Assembly (NCBI GenBank): GCA_964016885.1
Contig: OZ024743.1
Coordinates: 297,414,001 to 297,478,000, forward strand
DNA length: 64,000 nucleotides
Direction: 5' to 3'
Source: Eledone cirrhosa
Taxonomy: Eukaryota
In this document: positions 14,701 through 29,700 of the stretch, piece after piece
Layout of the letters: each line of letters starts with the position of its first letter
Position numbering within the stretch: position 1 is the first letter of the stretch
Program-made: the position numbers and the translations under genes
Notes under the pieces: generated by a model
Seen by the model: the letters and a program-made list of their open reading frames with translations, nothing else
Told to the model about the DNA's origin: nothing
Database searches by the model: none

Positions 14701-15550
14701 ATGTAAGAGTTAGGAGAGGAGATACTAGGGACGTATGTAAGAGTTAGGAGAGGAGATATCAGTGACCTATGTCAGAGTTAGGAGAGGAGATACCAGTGAC
14801 GTATTTAAGTGTTAGGGGAGGAGATACCAGTGCCCTATGTAAGAGTTAGGAAGGAGATACCAGTGACGTATGTAAGAGTTACGAGAGGAGATACCAGTGA
14901 CGTATGTAAGTGTTAGGGGAGGAGATACCAGTGACGTATGTAAGAGTTAGGAGAGGAGATACTAGTGACGTATGTAAGAGTTAGGAGAGGAGATACCAGT
15001 GACGTATGTAAGAGTTAGGGGAGGAGATACCAGTGACGTATGTAAGAGTTAGGGGAGGAGATACCAGTGACGTATGTAAGAGTTAGGAGAGGAGATACCA
15101 GTGACGTATGTAAGAGTTAGGAGAGGAGATACCAGTTACGTATGTAAGAGTTAGGGGAGGAGATACCAGTGACGTATGTAAGAGTTAGGAGAGGAGATAC
15201 CAGTGACGTATGTAAGAGTTAGGGGAGGAGATACAAGTGACGTATGTAAGAGTTAGGAGAGGAGATACCAGTGACGTATGTAAGAGTTAGGGCAGGAGAT
15301 ACCAGTGACGTATGTAAGAGTTAGGAGAGGAGATACCAGTGACGTATGTAAGAGTTAGGGGAGGAGATACCAGTGACGTATGTAAGAGTTATGAGGGGGG
15401 ATACCCGTGACGTATGTAAGAGTTAGGAGAGGAGATACCAGTGACGTATGCAAGAGTTAGGAGAGGAGATACCAGTGACGTATGTAAGAGTTAGGAGAGG
15501 AGATACCAGTGACGTATGTAAGTGTTACGAGAGGAGATACCAGTGACGTA
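11750..15550 (+). repeat. Tandem duplication, offset 1899 bp (56 monomers)
   Basis: AAGAC-CTAGG at 11931/13830 and AAGAGATCCC at 12142/14041; 56x34-5=1899. Confidence 0.9.
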
Positions 15551-18500
15551 TGTAAGAGCTAGGGGAGGAGATACCAGTGACGTATGTAAGAGTTAGGAGA
15601 GGAGATACCAGTGCCGTATGTAAGAGTTAGGGGAGGAGATACCAGTGACGTATGTAAGAGTTAGGAGAGGAGATACCAGTGACGTATGTGAGAGCTAGGG
15701 GAGGAGATACCAGTGACGTATGTAAGAGTTAGGAGAGGAGATACCAGTGACGTATGTAAGAGTTAGGAGAGGAGATACCAGTGACGTATGTAAGAGTTAA
15801 GAGAGGAGATACCAGTGACGTATGTAAGAGTTAGGAGAGGAGATACCAGTGACGTATGTAAGAGTTAGGAGAGGAGATACCAGTGACGTATGTAAGAGTT
15901 AGGAGAGGAGATACCAGTGACGTATGGAAGAGTTAGGAAGGAGATATCAGCGACGTATGTAAGAGTTAGCAAGGAGATACCAGTGACGTATGTAAGAGTT
16001 AGGAGAGGAGATACCAATGACGTATGTATGAGTTAGGAGAGGAGATACCAGTGACGTATGTAAGAGTTATGAAGGAGATATCAGTGACGTATGTAAGAGT
16101 TAGGAGAGGAGATACCAGTGACGTATGTAAGAGTTCGGAGAGGAGATACCAGTGACGTATGTAAGAGTTAGGAGAGGAGATACCAGTGACGTATGTAAGA
16201 GTTAGGAGAGGAGATACCAGTGACGTATGTAAGAGTTAGGAGAGGAGATACCAGTGACGTATGTAAGAGTTAGGAGAGGAGATACCAGTGACGTATGGAA
16301 GAGTTAGAAAGGAGATATCAGCGACGTATGTAAGAGTTAGCAAGGAGATACCAGTGACGTATGTGAGAGTTAGGGGAGGAGATACCAGTGACGTATGTAA
16401 GAGTTAGGGGAGGAGATACCAGTGACGTATGTAAGAGTTAGGGGAGGAGATACCAGTGACGTATGTAAGAGTTAGGAGAGGAGATACCAGTGACGTATGT
16501 AAGAGTTAGGAGAGGAGATACCAGTTACGTATGTAAGAGTTAGGGGAGGAGATACCAGTGACGTATGTAAGAGTTAGGAGAGGAGATACCAGTGACGTAT
16601 GTAAGAGTTAGGAGAGGAGATACCAGTTACGTATGTAAGAGTTAGGGGAGGAGATACCAGTGACGTATGTAAGAGTTAGGAGAGGAGATACCAGTGACGT
16701 ATGTAAGAGTTAGGGGAGGAGATACAAGTGACGTATGTAAGAGTTAGGAGAGGAGATACCAGTGACGTATGTAAGAGTTAGGGCAGGAGATACCAGTGAC
16801 GTATGTAAGAGTTAGGAGAGGAGATACCAGTGACGTATGTAAGAGTTAGGGGAGGAGATACCAGTGACGTATGTAAGAGTTATGAGGGGGGATACCCGTG
16901 ACGTATGTAAGAGTTAGGAGAGGAGATACCAGTGACGTATGCAAGAGTTAGGAGAGGAGATACCAGTGACGTATGTAAGAGTTAGGAGAGGAGATACCAG
17001 TGACGTATGTAAGTGTTACGAGAGGAGATACCAGTGACGTATGTAAGAGCTAGGAGAGGAGATACCAGTGACGTATGTAAGAGTTAGGAGAGGAGATACC
17101 AGTGCCGTATGTAAGAGTTAGGGGAGGAGATACCAGTGACGTATGTAAGAGTTAGGAGAGGAGATACCAGTGACGTATGTAAGAGCTAGGGGAGGAGATA
17201 CCAGTGACGTATGTAAGAGTTAGGAGAGGAGATACCAGTGACGTATGTAAGAGTTAGGAGAGGAGATACCAGTGACGTATGTAAGAGTTAAGAGAGGAGA
17301 TACCAGTGACGTATGTAAGAGTTAGGAGAGGAGATACCAGTGACGTATGTAAGAGTTAGGAGAGGAGATACCAGTGACGTATGTAAGAGTTAGGAGAGGA
17401 GATACCAGTGACGTATGGAAGAGTTAGGAAGGAGATATCAGCGACGTATGTAAGAGTTAGCAAGGAGATACCAGTGACGTATGTAAGAGTTAGGAGAGGA
17501 GATACCAATGACGTATGTATGAGTTAGGAGAGGAGATACCAGTGACGTATGTAAGAGTTATGAAGGAGATATCAGTGACGTATGTAAGAGTTAGGAGAGG
17601 AGATACCAGTGACGTATGTAAGAGTTCGGAGAGGAGATACCAGTGACGTATGTAAGAGTTAGGAGAGGAGATACCAGTGACGTATGTAAGAGTTAGGAGA
17701 GGAGATACCAGTGACGTATGTAAGAGTTAGGAGAGGAGATACCAGTGACGTATGTAAGAGTTAGGAGAGGAGATACCAGTGACGTATGGAAGAGTTAGAA
17801 AGGAGATATCAGCGACGTATGTAAGAGTTAGCAAGGAGATACCAGTGACGTATGTAAGAGTTAGGAGAGGAGATACCAGTGACGTATGTAAGAGTTAGGA
17901 GAGGAAATACCAGTGACGTATGTAAGTGTTACGAGAGGAGATACCAGTGACGTATGTAAGAGCTAGGGGAGGAGATACCAGTGACGTATGTAAGAGTTAG
18001 GAGAGGAGATACCAGTGCCGTATGTAAGAGTTAGGGGAGGAGATACCCGTGACGTATGTAAGAGTTAGGAGAGGAGATACCAGTGACGTATGTAAGAGCT
18101 AGGGGAGGAGATACCAGTGACGTATGTAAGAGTTAGGAGAGGAGATACCAGTGACGTATGTAAGAGTTAGGAGAGGAGATACCAGTGACGTATGTAAGAG
18201 TTAGGAGAGGAGATACCAGTGACGTATGTAAGAGTTAGGAGAGGAGATACCAGTGACGTATGTAAGAGTTAGGAGAGGAGATACCAGTGACGTATGGAAG
18301 AGTTAGGAAGGAGATATAAGCGACGTATGTAAGAGTTAGCAAGGAGATACCAGTGACGTATGTAAGAGTTAGGGGAGGAGATACCAGTGACGTATGTAAG
18401 AGTTAGGAGAGGAGATACCAGTGACGTATGTAAGAGTTAGGAGAGCAGATACCAGTGACGTATGGAAGAGTTAGGAAGGAGATATCAGTGGCGTATGTAA

Positions 18501-21500
18501 GAGTTAGGAGAGGAGATACCAGTGACGTATGTAAGAGTTAGGAGAGGAGATACCAGTGACGTATGTAAGAGTTAGGAGAGGAGATACCAGTGACGTTTGT
18601 AAGAGTTAGGAGAGGAGATACCAATGACGTATGTATGAGTTAGGAGAGGAGATACCAGTGACGTATGTAAGAGTTATGAAGGAGATATCAGTGACGTATG
18701 TAAGAGTTAGGAGAGGAGATACCAGTGACGTATGTAAGAGTTCGGAGAGGAGATACCAGTGACGTATGTAAGAGTTAGGAGAGGAGATACCAGTGACGTA
18801 TGTAAGAGTTAGGAGAGGAGATACCAGTGACGTATGTAAGAGTTAGGAGAGGAGATACCAGTGACGTATGTAAGAGTTACGAGAGGAGATACCAGTGACG
18901 TATGTAAGTGTTAGGGGAGGAGATACCAGTAACGTATGTAAGAGTTAGGAGAGGAGATACTAGGGACGTATGTAAGAGTTAGGAGAGGAGATATCAGTGA
19001 CCTATGTCAGAGTTAGGAGAGGAGATACCAGTGACGTATTTAAGTGTTAGGGGAGGAGATACCAGTGCCCTATGTAAGAGTTAGGAAGGAGATACCAGTG
19101 ACGTATGTAAGAGTTACGAGAGGAGATACCAGTTACGTATGTAAGAGTTAGGGGAGGAGATACCAGTGACGTATGTAAGAGTTAGGAGAGGAGATACCAG
19201 TGACGTATGTAAGAGTTAGGGGAGGAGATACAAGTGACGTATGTAAGAGTTAGGAGAGGAGATACCAGTGACGTATGTAAGAGTTAGGGCAGGAGATACC
19301 AGTGACGTATGTAAGAGTTAGGAGAGGAGATACCAGTGACGTATGTAAGAGTTAGGGGAGGAGATACCAGTGACGTATGTAAGAGTTATGAGGGGGGATA
19401 CCCGTGACGTATGTAAGAGTTAGGAGAGGAGATACCAGTGACGTATGCAAGAGTTAGGAGAGGAGATACCAGTGACGTATGTAAGAGTTAGGAGAGGAGA
19501 TACCAGTGACGTATGTAAGTGTTACGAGAGGAGATACCAGTGACGTATGTAAGAGTTAGGAGAGGAGATACCAGTGACGTATGTAAGAGCTAGGGGAGGA
19601 GATACCAGTGACGTATGTAAGAGTTAGGAGAGGAGATACCAGTGCCGTATGTAAGAGTTAGGGGAGGAGATACCAGTGACGTATGTAAGAGTTAGGAGAG
19701 GAGATACCAGTGACGTATGTAAGACCTAGGGGAGGAGATACCAGTGACGTATGTAAGAGTTAGGAGAGGAGATACCAGTGACGTATGTAAGAGTTAGGAG
19801 AGGAGATACCAGTGACGTATGTAAGAGTTAAGAGAGGAGATACCAGTGACGTATGTAAGAGTTAGGAGAGGAGATACCAGTGACGTATGTAAGAGTTAGG
19901 AGAGGAGATACCAGTGACGTATGTAAGAGTTAGGAGAAGAGATCCCAGTGACGTATGGAAGAGTTAGGAAGGAGATATCAGCGACGTATGTAAGAGTTAG
20001 CAAGGAGATACCAGTGACGTATGTAAGAGTTAGGGGAGGAGATACCAGTGACGTATGTAAGAGTTAGGAGAGGAGATACCAGTGACGTATGTAAGAGTTA
20101 GGAGAGGAGATACCAGTGACGTATGGAAGAGTTAGGAAGGAGATATCAGTGACGTATGTAAGAGTTAGGAGAGGAGATACCAGTGACGTATGTAAGAGTT
20201 AGGAGAGGAGATACCAGTGACGTATGTAAGAGTTAGGAGAGGAGATACCAGTGACGTTTGTAAGAGTTAGGAGAGGAGATACCTATGACGTATGTATGAG
20301 TTAGGAGAGGAGATACCAGTGACGTATGTAAGAGTTATGAAGGAGATATCAGTGACGTATGTAAGAGTTAGGAGAGGAGATACCAGTGACGTATGTAAGA
20401 GTTCGGAGAGGAGATACCAGTGACGTATGTAAGAGTTAGGAGAGGAGATACCAGTGACGTATGTAAGAGTTAGGAGAGGAGATACCAGTGACGTATGTAA
20501 GAGTTAGGAGAGGAGATACCAGTGACGTATGTGAGAGTTACGAGAGGAGATACCAGTGACGTATGTAAGTGTTAGGGGAGGAGATACCAGTAACGTATGT
20601 AAGAGTTAGGAGAGGAGATACTAGGGACGTATGTAAGAGTTAGGAGAGGAGATATCAGTGACCTATGTCAGAGTTAGGAGAGGAGATACCAGTGACGTAT
20701 TTAAGTGTTAGGGGAGGAGATACCAGTGCCCTATGTAAGAGTTAGGAAGGAGATACCAGTGACGTATGTAAGAGTTACGAGAGGAGATACCAGTGACGTA
20801 TGTAAGTGTTAGGGGAGGAGATACCAGTGACGTATGTAAGAGTTAGGAGAGGAGATACTAGTGACGTATGTAAGAGTTAGGAGAGGAGATACCAGTGACG
20901 TATGTAAGAGTTAGGGGAGGAGATACCAGTGACGTATGTAAGAGTTAGGGGAGGAGATACCAGTGACGTATGTAAGAGTTAGGAGAGGAGATACCAGTGA
21001 CGTATGTAAGAGTTAGGAGAGGAGATACCAGTTACGTATGTAAGAGTTAGGGGAGGAGATACCAGTGACGTATGTAAGAGTTAGGAGAGGAGATACCAGT
21101 GACGTATGTAAGAGTTAGGGGAGGAGATACAAGTGACGTATGTAAGAGTTAGGAGAGGAGATACCAGTGACGTATGTAAGAGTTAGGGCAGGAGATACCA
21201 GTGACGTATGTAAGAGTTAGGAGAGGAGATACCAGTGACGTATGTAAGAGTTAGGGGAGGAGATACCAGTGACGTATGTAAGAGTTATGAGGGGGGATAC
21301 CCGTGACGTATGTAAGAGTTAGGAGAGGAGATACCAGTGACGTATGCAAGAGTTAGGAGAGGAGATACCAGTGACGTATGTAAGAGTTAGGAGAGGAGAT
21401 ACCAGTGACGTATGTAAGTGTTACGAGAGGAGATACCAGTGACGTATGTAAGAGCTAGGGGAGGAGATACCAGTGACGTATGTAAGAGTTAGGAGAGGAG

Positions 21501-24500
21501 ATACCAGTGCCGTATGTAAGAGTTAGGGGAGGAGATACCAGTGACGTATGTAAGAGTTAGGAGAGGAGATACCAGTGACGTATGTGAGAGCTAGGGGAGG
21601 AGATACCAGTGACGTATGTAAGAGTTAGGAGAGGAGATACCAGTGACGTATGTAAGAGTTAGGAGAGGAGATACCAGTGACGTATGTAAGAGTTAAGAGA
21701 GGAGATACCAGTGACGTATGTAAGAGTTAGGAGAGGAGATACCAGTGACGTATGTAAGAGTTAGGAGAGGAGATACCAGTGACGTATGTAAGAGTTAGGA
21801 GAGGAGATACCAGTGACGTATGGAAGAGTTAGGAAGGAGATATCAGCGACGTATGTAAGAGTTAGCAAGGAGATACCAGTGACGTATGTAAGAGTTAGGA
21901 GAGGAGATACCAATGACGTATGTATGAGTTAGGAGAGGAGATACCAGTGACGTATGTAAGAGTTATGAAGGAGATATCAGTGACGTATGTAAGAGTTAGG
22001 AGAGGAGATACCAGTGACGTATGTAAGAGTTCGGAGAGGAGATACCAGTGACGTATGTAAGAGTTAGGAGAGGAGATACCAGTGACGTATGTAAGAGTTA
22101 GGAGAGGAGATACCAGTGACGTATGTAAGAGTTAGGAGAGGAGATACCAGTGACGTATGTAAGAGTTAGGAGAGGAGATACCAGTGACGTATGGAAGAGT
22201 TAGAAAGGAGATATCAGCGACGTATGTAAGAGTTAGCAAGGAGATACCAGTGACGTATGTGAGAGTTAGGGGAGGAGATACCAGTGACGTATGTAAGAGT
22301 TAGGGGAGGAGATACCAGTGACGTATGTAAGAGTTAGGGGAGGAGATACCAGTGACGTATGTAAGAGTTAGGAGAGGAGATACCAGTGACGTATGTAAGA
22401 GTTAGGAGAGGAGATACCAGTTACGTATGTAAGAGTTAGGGGAGGAGATACCAGTGACGTATGTAAGAGTTAGGAGAGGAGATACCAGTGACGTATGTAA
22501 GAGTTAGGAGAGGAGATACCAGTTACGTATGTAAGAGTTAGGGGAGGAGATACCAGTGACGTATGTAAGAGTTAGGAGAGGAGATACCAGTGACGTATGT
22601 AAGAGTTAGGGGAGGAGATACAAGTGACGTATGTAAGAGTTAGGAGAGGAGATACCAGTGACGTATGTAAGAGTTAGGGCAGGAGATACCAGTGACGTAT
22701 GTAAGAGTTAGGAGAGGAGATACCAGTGACGTATGTAAGAGTTAGGGGAGGAGATACCAGTGACGTATGTAAGAGTTATGAGGGGGGATACCCGTGACGT
22801 ATGTAAGAGTTAGGAGAGGAGATACCAGTGACGTATGCAAGAGTTAGGAGAGGAGATACCAGTGACGTATGTAAGAGTTAGGAGAGGAGATACCAGTGAC
22901 GTATGTAAGTGTTACGAGAGGAGATACCAGTGACGTATGTAAGAGCTAGGAGAGGAGATACCAGTGACGTATGTAAGAGTTAGGAGAGGAGATACCAGTG
23001 CCGTATGTAAGAGTTAGGGGAGGAGATACCAGTGACGTATGTAAGAGTTAGGAGAGGAGATACCAGTGACGTATGTAAGAGCTAGGGGAGGAGATACCAG
23101 TGACGTATGTAAGAGTTAGGAGAGGAGATACCAGTGACGTATGTAAGAGTTAGGAGAGGAGATACCAGTGACGTATGTAAGAGTTAAGAGAGGAGATACC
23201 AGTGACGTATGTAAGAGTTAGGAGAGGAGATACCAGTGACGTATGTAAGAGTTAGGAGAGGAGATACCAGTGACGTATGTAAGAGTTAGGAGAGGAGATA
23301 CCAGTGACGTATGGAAGAGTTAGGAAGGAGATATCAGCGACGTATGTAAGAGTTAGCAAGGAGATACCAGTGACGTATGTAAGAGTTAGGAGAGGAGATA
23401 CCAATGACGTATGTATGAGTTAGGAGAGGAGATACCAGTGACGTATGTAAGAGTTATGAAGGAGATATCAGTGACGTATGTAAGAGTTAGGAGAGGAGAT
23501 ACCAGTGACGTATGTAAGAGTTCGGAGAGGAGATACCAGTGACGTATGTAAGAGTTAGGAGAGGAGATACCAGTGACGTATGTAAGAGTTAGGAGAGGAG
23601 ATACCAGTGACGTATGTAAGAGTTAGGAGAGGAGATACCAGTGACGTATGTAAGAGTTAGGAGAGGAGATACCAGTGACGTATGGAAGAGTTAGAAAGGA
23701 GATATCAGCGACGTATGTAAGAGTTAGCAAGGAGATACCAGTGACGTATGTAAGAGTTAGGAGAGGAGATACCAGTGACGTATGTAAGAGTTAGGAGAGG
23801 AAATACCAGTGACGTATGTAAGTGTTACGAGAGGAGATACCAGTGACGTATGTAAGAGCTAGGGGAGGAGATACCAGTGACGTATGTAAGAGTTAGGAGA
23901 GGAGATACCAGTGCCGTATGTAAGAGTTAGGGGAGGAGATACCCGTGACGTATGTAAGAGTTAGGAGAGGAGATACCAGTGACGTATGTAAGAGCTAGGG
24001 GAGGAGATACCAGTGACGTATGTAAGAGTTAGGAGAGGAGATACCAGTGACGTATGTAAGAGTTAGGAGAGGAGATACCAGTGACGTATGTAAGAGTTAG
24101 GAGAGGAGATACCAGTGACGTATGTAAGAGTTAGGAGAGGAGATACCAGTGACGTATGTAAGAGTTAGGAGAGGAGATACCAGTGACGTATGGAAGAGTT
24201 AGGAAGGAGATATAAGCGACGTATGTAAGAGTTAGCAAGGAGATACCAGTGACGTATGTAAGAGTTAGGGGAGGAGATACCAGTGACGTATGTAAGAGTT
24301 AGGAGAGGAGATACCAGTGACGTATGTAAGAGTTAGGAGAGCAGATACCAGTGACGTATGGAAGAGTTAGGAAGGAGATATCAGTGGCGTATGTAAGAGT
24401 TAGGAGAGGAGATACCAGTGACGTATGTAAGAGTTAGGAGAGGAGATACCAGTGACGTATGTAAGAGTTAGGAGAGGAGATACCAGTGACGTTTGTAAGA

Positions 24501-25025
24501 GTTAGGAGAGGAGATACCAATGACGTATGTATGAGTTAGGAGAGGAGATACCAGTGACGTATGTAAGAGTTATGAAGGAGATATCAGTGACGTATGTAAG
24601 AGTTAGGAGAGGAGATACCAGTGACGTATGTAAGAGTTCGGAGAGGAGATACCAGTGACGTATGTAAGAGTTAGGAGAGGAGATACCAGTGACGTATGTA
24701 AGAGTTAGGAGAGGAGATACCAGTGACGTATGTAAGAGTTAGGAGAGGAGATACCAGTGACGTATGTAAGAGTTACGAGAGGAGATACCAGTGACGTATG
24801 TAAGTGTTAGGGGAGGAGATACCAGTAACGTATGTAAGAGTTAGGAGAGGAGATACTAGGGACGTATGTAAGAGTTAGGAGAGGAGATATCAGTGACCTA
24901 TGTCAGAGTTAGGAGAGGAGATACCAGTGACGTATTTAAGTGTTAGGGGAGGAGATACCAGTGCCCTATGTAAGAGTTAGGAAGGAGATACCAGTGACGT
25001 ATGTAAGAGTTACGAGAGGAGATAC
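13225..25025 (+). repeat. Tandem duplication, offset 5896 bp (174 monomers), junction near 19,125
   Basis: AAATACC at 17905/23801, GAGATATAAG at 18311/24207 and AGTTACG at 13235/19131. I counted twenty 33-bp monomers in the first copy, and 174x34-20=5896 exactly. Confidence 0.93.
15080..17860 (+). repeat. Duplication, offset 1491 bp (44 monomers), nested in the 5896-bp unit
   Basis: ATACAAG at 15231/16722 and GAGTTAGAAAGG at 16301/17792. The pair recurs in the second 5896-bp copy. Confidence 0.85.
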
Positions 25026-26879
25026 CAGTGACGTATGTAAGTGTTAGGGGAGGAGATACCAGTGACGTATGTAAGAGTTAGGGGAGGAGATACCAGTGAC
25101 CTATGTAAGAGTTAGGGGAGGAGATACCAGTGACGTATGTAAGAGTTAGGAGAGGAGATACCAGTGACGTATGTAAGAGTTAGGAGAGGAGATACCAGTT
25201 ACGTATGTAAGATTTAGGGGAGGAGATACCAGTGACGTATGTAAGAGTTAGGAGAGGAGATACCAGTGACGTATGTAAGAGTTAGGGGAGGAGATACAAG
25301 TGACGTATGTCAGAGTTACGAGAGGAGATACCAGTGACGTATGTAAGAGTTAGGGCAGGAGATACCAGTGACGTATGTAAGAGTTAGGAGAGGAGATACC
25401 AGTGACGTATGTAAGAGTTAGGGGAGGAGATACCAGTGACGTATGTAAGAGTTATGAGAGGGGATACCCGTGACGTATGTAAGAGTTAGGAGAGGAGATA
25501 CCAGTGACGTAGGCAAGAGTTAGGAGAGGAGATACCAGTGACGTATGTAAGAGTTAGGAGAGGAGATACCAGTGACGTATGTAAGTGTTACGAGAGGAGA
25601 TACCAGTGACGTATGTAAGAGTTAGGAGAGGAGATACCAGTGACGTATGTAAGAGTTAGGAGAGGAGATACCAGTGACGTATGTAAGAGTTAGGAGAGGA
25701 GATACCAGTGACGTATGTAAGAGTTAGGAGAGGAGATACCAGTGACGTATGGAAGAGTTAGGAAGGAGATATCAGCGACGTATGTAAGAGTTAGCAAGGA
25801 GATACCAGTGACGTATGTAAGAGTTAGGGGAGGAGATACCAGTGACGTATGTAAGAGTTAGGAGAGGAGATACCAGTGACGTATGTAAGAGTTAGGAGAG
25901 CAGATACCAGTGACGTATGGAAGAGTTAGGAAGGAGATATCAGTGACGTATGTAAGAGTTAGGAGAGGAGATACCAGGGACGTATGTAAGAGTTAGGAGA
26001 GGAGATACCAGTGACGTATGTAAGAGTTAGGAGAGGAGATACCAGTGACGTTTGTAAGAGTTAGGAGAGGAGATACCAATGACGTATGTATGAGTTAGGA
26101 GAGGAGATACCAGTGACGTATGTAAGAGTTATGAAGGAGATATCAGTGACGTATGTAAGAGTTAGGAGAGGAGATACCAGTGACGTATGTAAGAGTTCGG
26201 AGAGGAGATACCAGTGACGTATGTAAGAGTTAGGAGAGGAGATACCAGTGACGTATGTAAGAGTTAGGAGAGGAGATACCAGTGACGTATGTAAGAGTTA
26301 GGAGAGGAGATACCAGTGACGTATGTAAGAGTTACGAGAGGAGATACCAGTGACGTATGTAAGTGTTAGGGGAGGAGATACCAGTAACGTATGTAAGAGT
26401 TAGGAGAGGAGATACTAGGGACGTATGTAAGAGTTAGGAGAGGAGATATCAGTGACCTATGTCAGAGTTAGGAGAGGAGATACCAGTGACGTATTTAAGT
26501 GTTAGGGGAGGAGATACCAGTGCCCTATGTAAGAGTTAGGAAGGAGATACCAGTGACGTATGTAAGAGTTACGAGAGGAGATACCAGTGACGTATGTAAG
26601 TGTTAGGGGAGGAGATACCAGTGACGTATGTAAGAGTTAGGAGAGGAGATACTAGTGACGTATGTAAGAGTTAGGAGAGGAGATACCAGTGACGTATGTA
26701 AGAGTTAGGGGAGGAGATACCAGTGACCTATGTAAGAGTTAGGGGAGGAGATACCAGTGACGTATGTAAGAGTTAGGAGAGGAGATACCAGTGACGTATG
26801 TAAGAGTTAGGAGAGGAGATACCAGTTACGTATGTAAGATTTAGGGGAGGAGATACCAGTGACGTATGTAGGAGTTAGG

Positions 26880-29700
26880 AGAGGAGATACCAGTGACGTA
26901 TGTAAGAGTTAGGGGAGGAGATACAAGTGACGTATGTAAGAGTTACGAGAGGAGATACCAGTGACGTATGTAAGAGTTAGGGCAGGAGATACCAGTGACG
27001 TATGTAAGAGTTAGGAGAGGAGATACCAGTGACGTATGTAAGAGTTAGGGGAGGAGATACCAGTGACGTATGTAAGAGTTATGAGAGGGGATACCCGTGA
27101 CGTATGTAAGAGTTAGGAGAGGAGATACCAGTGACGTAGGCAAGAGTTAGGAGAGGAGATACCAGTGACGTATGTAAGAGTTAGGAGAGGAGATACCAGT
27201 GACGTATGTAAGTGTTACGAGAGGAGATACCAGTGACGTATGTAAGAGTTAGGAGAGGAGATACCAGTGACGTATGTAAGAGTTAGGAGAGGAGATACCA
27301 GTGACGTATGTAAGAGCTAGGAGAGGAGATACCAGTGACGTATGTAAGTGTTAGGAGAGGAGATACCAGTGACGTATGTAAGAGTTAGGAGAGGAGATAC
27401 CAGTGACGTATGTAAGAGTTAGGAGAGGAGATACCAGTAACGTATGTAAGTGTTAGGGGAAGAGATACCAGTGACGTATGTAAGAGTTAGGAGAGGAGAT
27501 ACCAGTGACGTATGTAAGTGTTAGGGGAGGAGATTCCAGTGACGTATGTAAGAGTGAGGAGAGGAGATACCAGTGACGTATGTAAGAGTTAGGAGAGGAG
27601 ATATCAGTGACGTATGTCAGAGTTAGGAAGGAGATACCAGTGCCGTATGTAAGTGTTACGAGAGGAGATACCAGTAACGTATGTAAGAGCTAGGGGAGGA
27701 GATACCAGTGACGTATGTAAGAGTTAGGAGAGGAGATACCAGTGCCGTATGTAAGAGTTAGGGGAGGAGATACCAGTGACGTATGTAAGAGTTAGGAGAG
27801 GAGATACCAGTGACGTATGTAAGAGCTAGGGGAGGAGATACCAGTGACGTATGTAAGAGTTAGGAGAGGAGATACCAGTGACGTATGTAAGAGTTAGGAG
27901 AGGAGATACCAGTGACGTATGTAAGAGTTAGGAGAGGAGATACCAGTGACGTATGTAAGAGTTAGGAGAGGAGATACCAGTGACGTATGGAAGAGTTAGG
28001 AAGGAGATATCAGTGACGAATGTAAGAGTTAGGAGAGGAGATACCAGTGACGTATGTAAGAGTTAGGAGAGGAGATACCAGTGACGTTTGTAAGAGTTAG
28101 GAGAGGAGATACCAGTGACGTATGTATGAGTTAGGAGAGGAGATACCAGTAACGTATGTAAGAGTTATGAAGGAGATATCAGTGACGTATGTAAGAGTTA
28201 GGAGAGGAGATACCAGTGACGTATGTAAGAGTTCGGAGAGGAGATACCAGTGACGTATGTAAGCGTTAGGAGAGGAGATACCAGTGACGTATGTAAGAGT
28301 TAGGAGAGGAGATACCAGTGACGTATGTAAGAGTTAGGGGAGGAGATACAAGTGACGTATGTCAGAGTTACGAGAGGAGATACCAGTGACGTATGTAAGA
28401 GTTAGGGCAGGAGATACCAGTGACGTATGTAAGAGTTAGGAGAGGAGATACCAGTGACGTATGTAAGAGTTAGGGGAGGAGATACCAGTGACGTATGTAA
28501 GAGTTATGAGAGGGGATACCCGTGACGTATGTAAGAGTTAGGAGAGGAGATACCAGTGACGTAGGCAAGAGTTAGGAGAGGAGATACCAGTGACGTATGT
28601 AAGAGTTAGGAGAGGAGATACCAGTGACGTATGTAAGTGTTACGAGAGGAGATACCAGTGACGTATGTAAGAGTTAGGAGAGGAGATACCAGTGACGTAT
28701 GTAAGAGTTAGGAGAGGAGATACCAGTGACGTATGTAAGAGCTAGGAGAGGAGATACCAGTGACGTATGTAAGTGTTAGGAGAGGAGATACCAGTGACGT
28801 ATGTAAGAGTTAGGAGAGGAGATACCAGTGACGTATGTAAGAGTTAGGAGAGGAGATACCAGTGACGTATGTAAGTGTTAGGGGAAGAGATACCAGTGAC
28901 GTATGTAAGAGTTAGGAGAGGAGATACCAGTGACGTATGTAAGTGTTAGGGGAGGAGATTCCTGTGACGTATGTAAGAGTGAGGAGAGGAGATACCAGTG
29001 ACGTATGTAAGAGTTAGGAGAGGAGATATCAGTGACGTATGTCACAGTTAGGAAGGAGATACCAGTGCCGTATGTAAGTGTTACGAGAGGAGATACCAGT
29101 GACGTATGTAAGAGCTAGGGGAGGAGATACCAGTGACGTATGTAAGAGTTAGGAGAGGAGATACCAGTGCCGTATGTAAGAGCTAGGGGAGGAGATACCA
29201 GTGACGTATGTAAGAGTTAGGAGAGGAGATACCAGTGACGTATGTAAGAGCTAGGGGAGGAGATACCAGTGACGTATGTAAGAGTTAGGAGAGGAGATAC
29301 CAGTGACGTATGTAAGAGTTAGGAGAGGAGATACCAGTGACGTATGTAAGAGTTAGGAGAGGAGATACCAGTGACGTATGTAAGAGTTAGGAGAGGAGAT
29401 ACCAGTGACGTATGGAAGAGTTAGGAAGGAGATATCAGTGACGTATGTAAGAGTTAGGAGAGGAGATACCAGTGACGTATGTAAGAGTTAGGAGAGGAGA
29501 TACCAGTGACGTTTGTAAGAGTTAGGAGAGGAGATACCAGTGACGTATGTATGAGTTAGGAGAGGAGATACCAGTAACGTATGTAAGAGTTATGAAGGAG
29601 ATATCAGTGACGTATGTAAGAGTTAGGAGAGGAGATACCAGTGACGTATGTAAGAGTTCGGAGAGGAGATACCAGTGACGTATGTAAGCGTTAGGAGAGG
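26880..29700 (+). repeat. Tandem duplication, offset 1425 bp (42 monomers)
   Basis: GTAGGCAAG at 27136/28561, with shared AGATTCC and GTAAGCGTT markers downstream. Confidence 0.8.
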
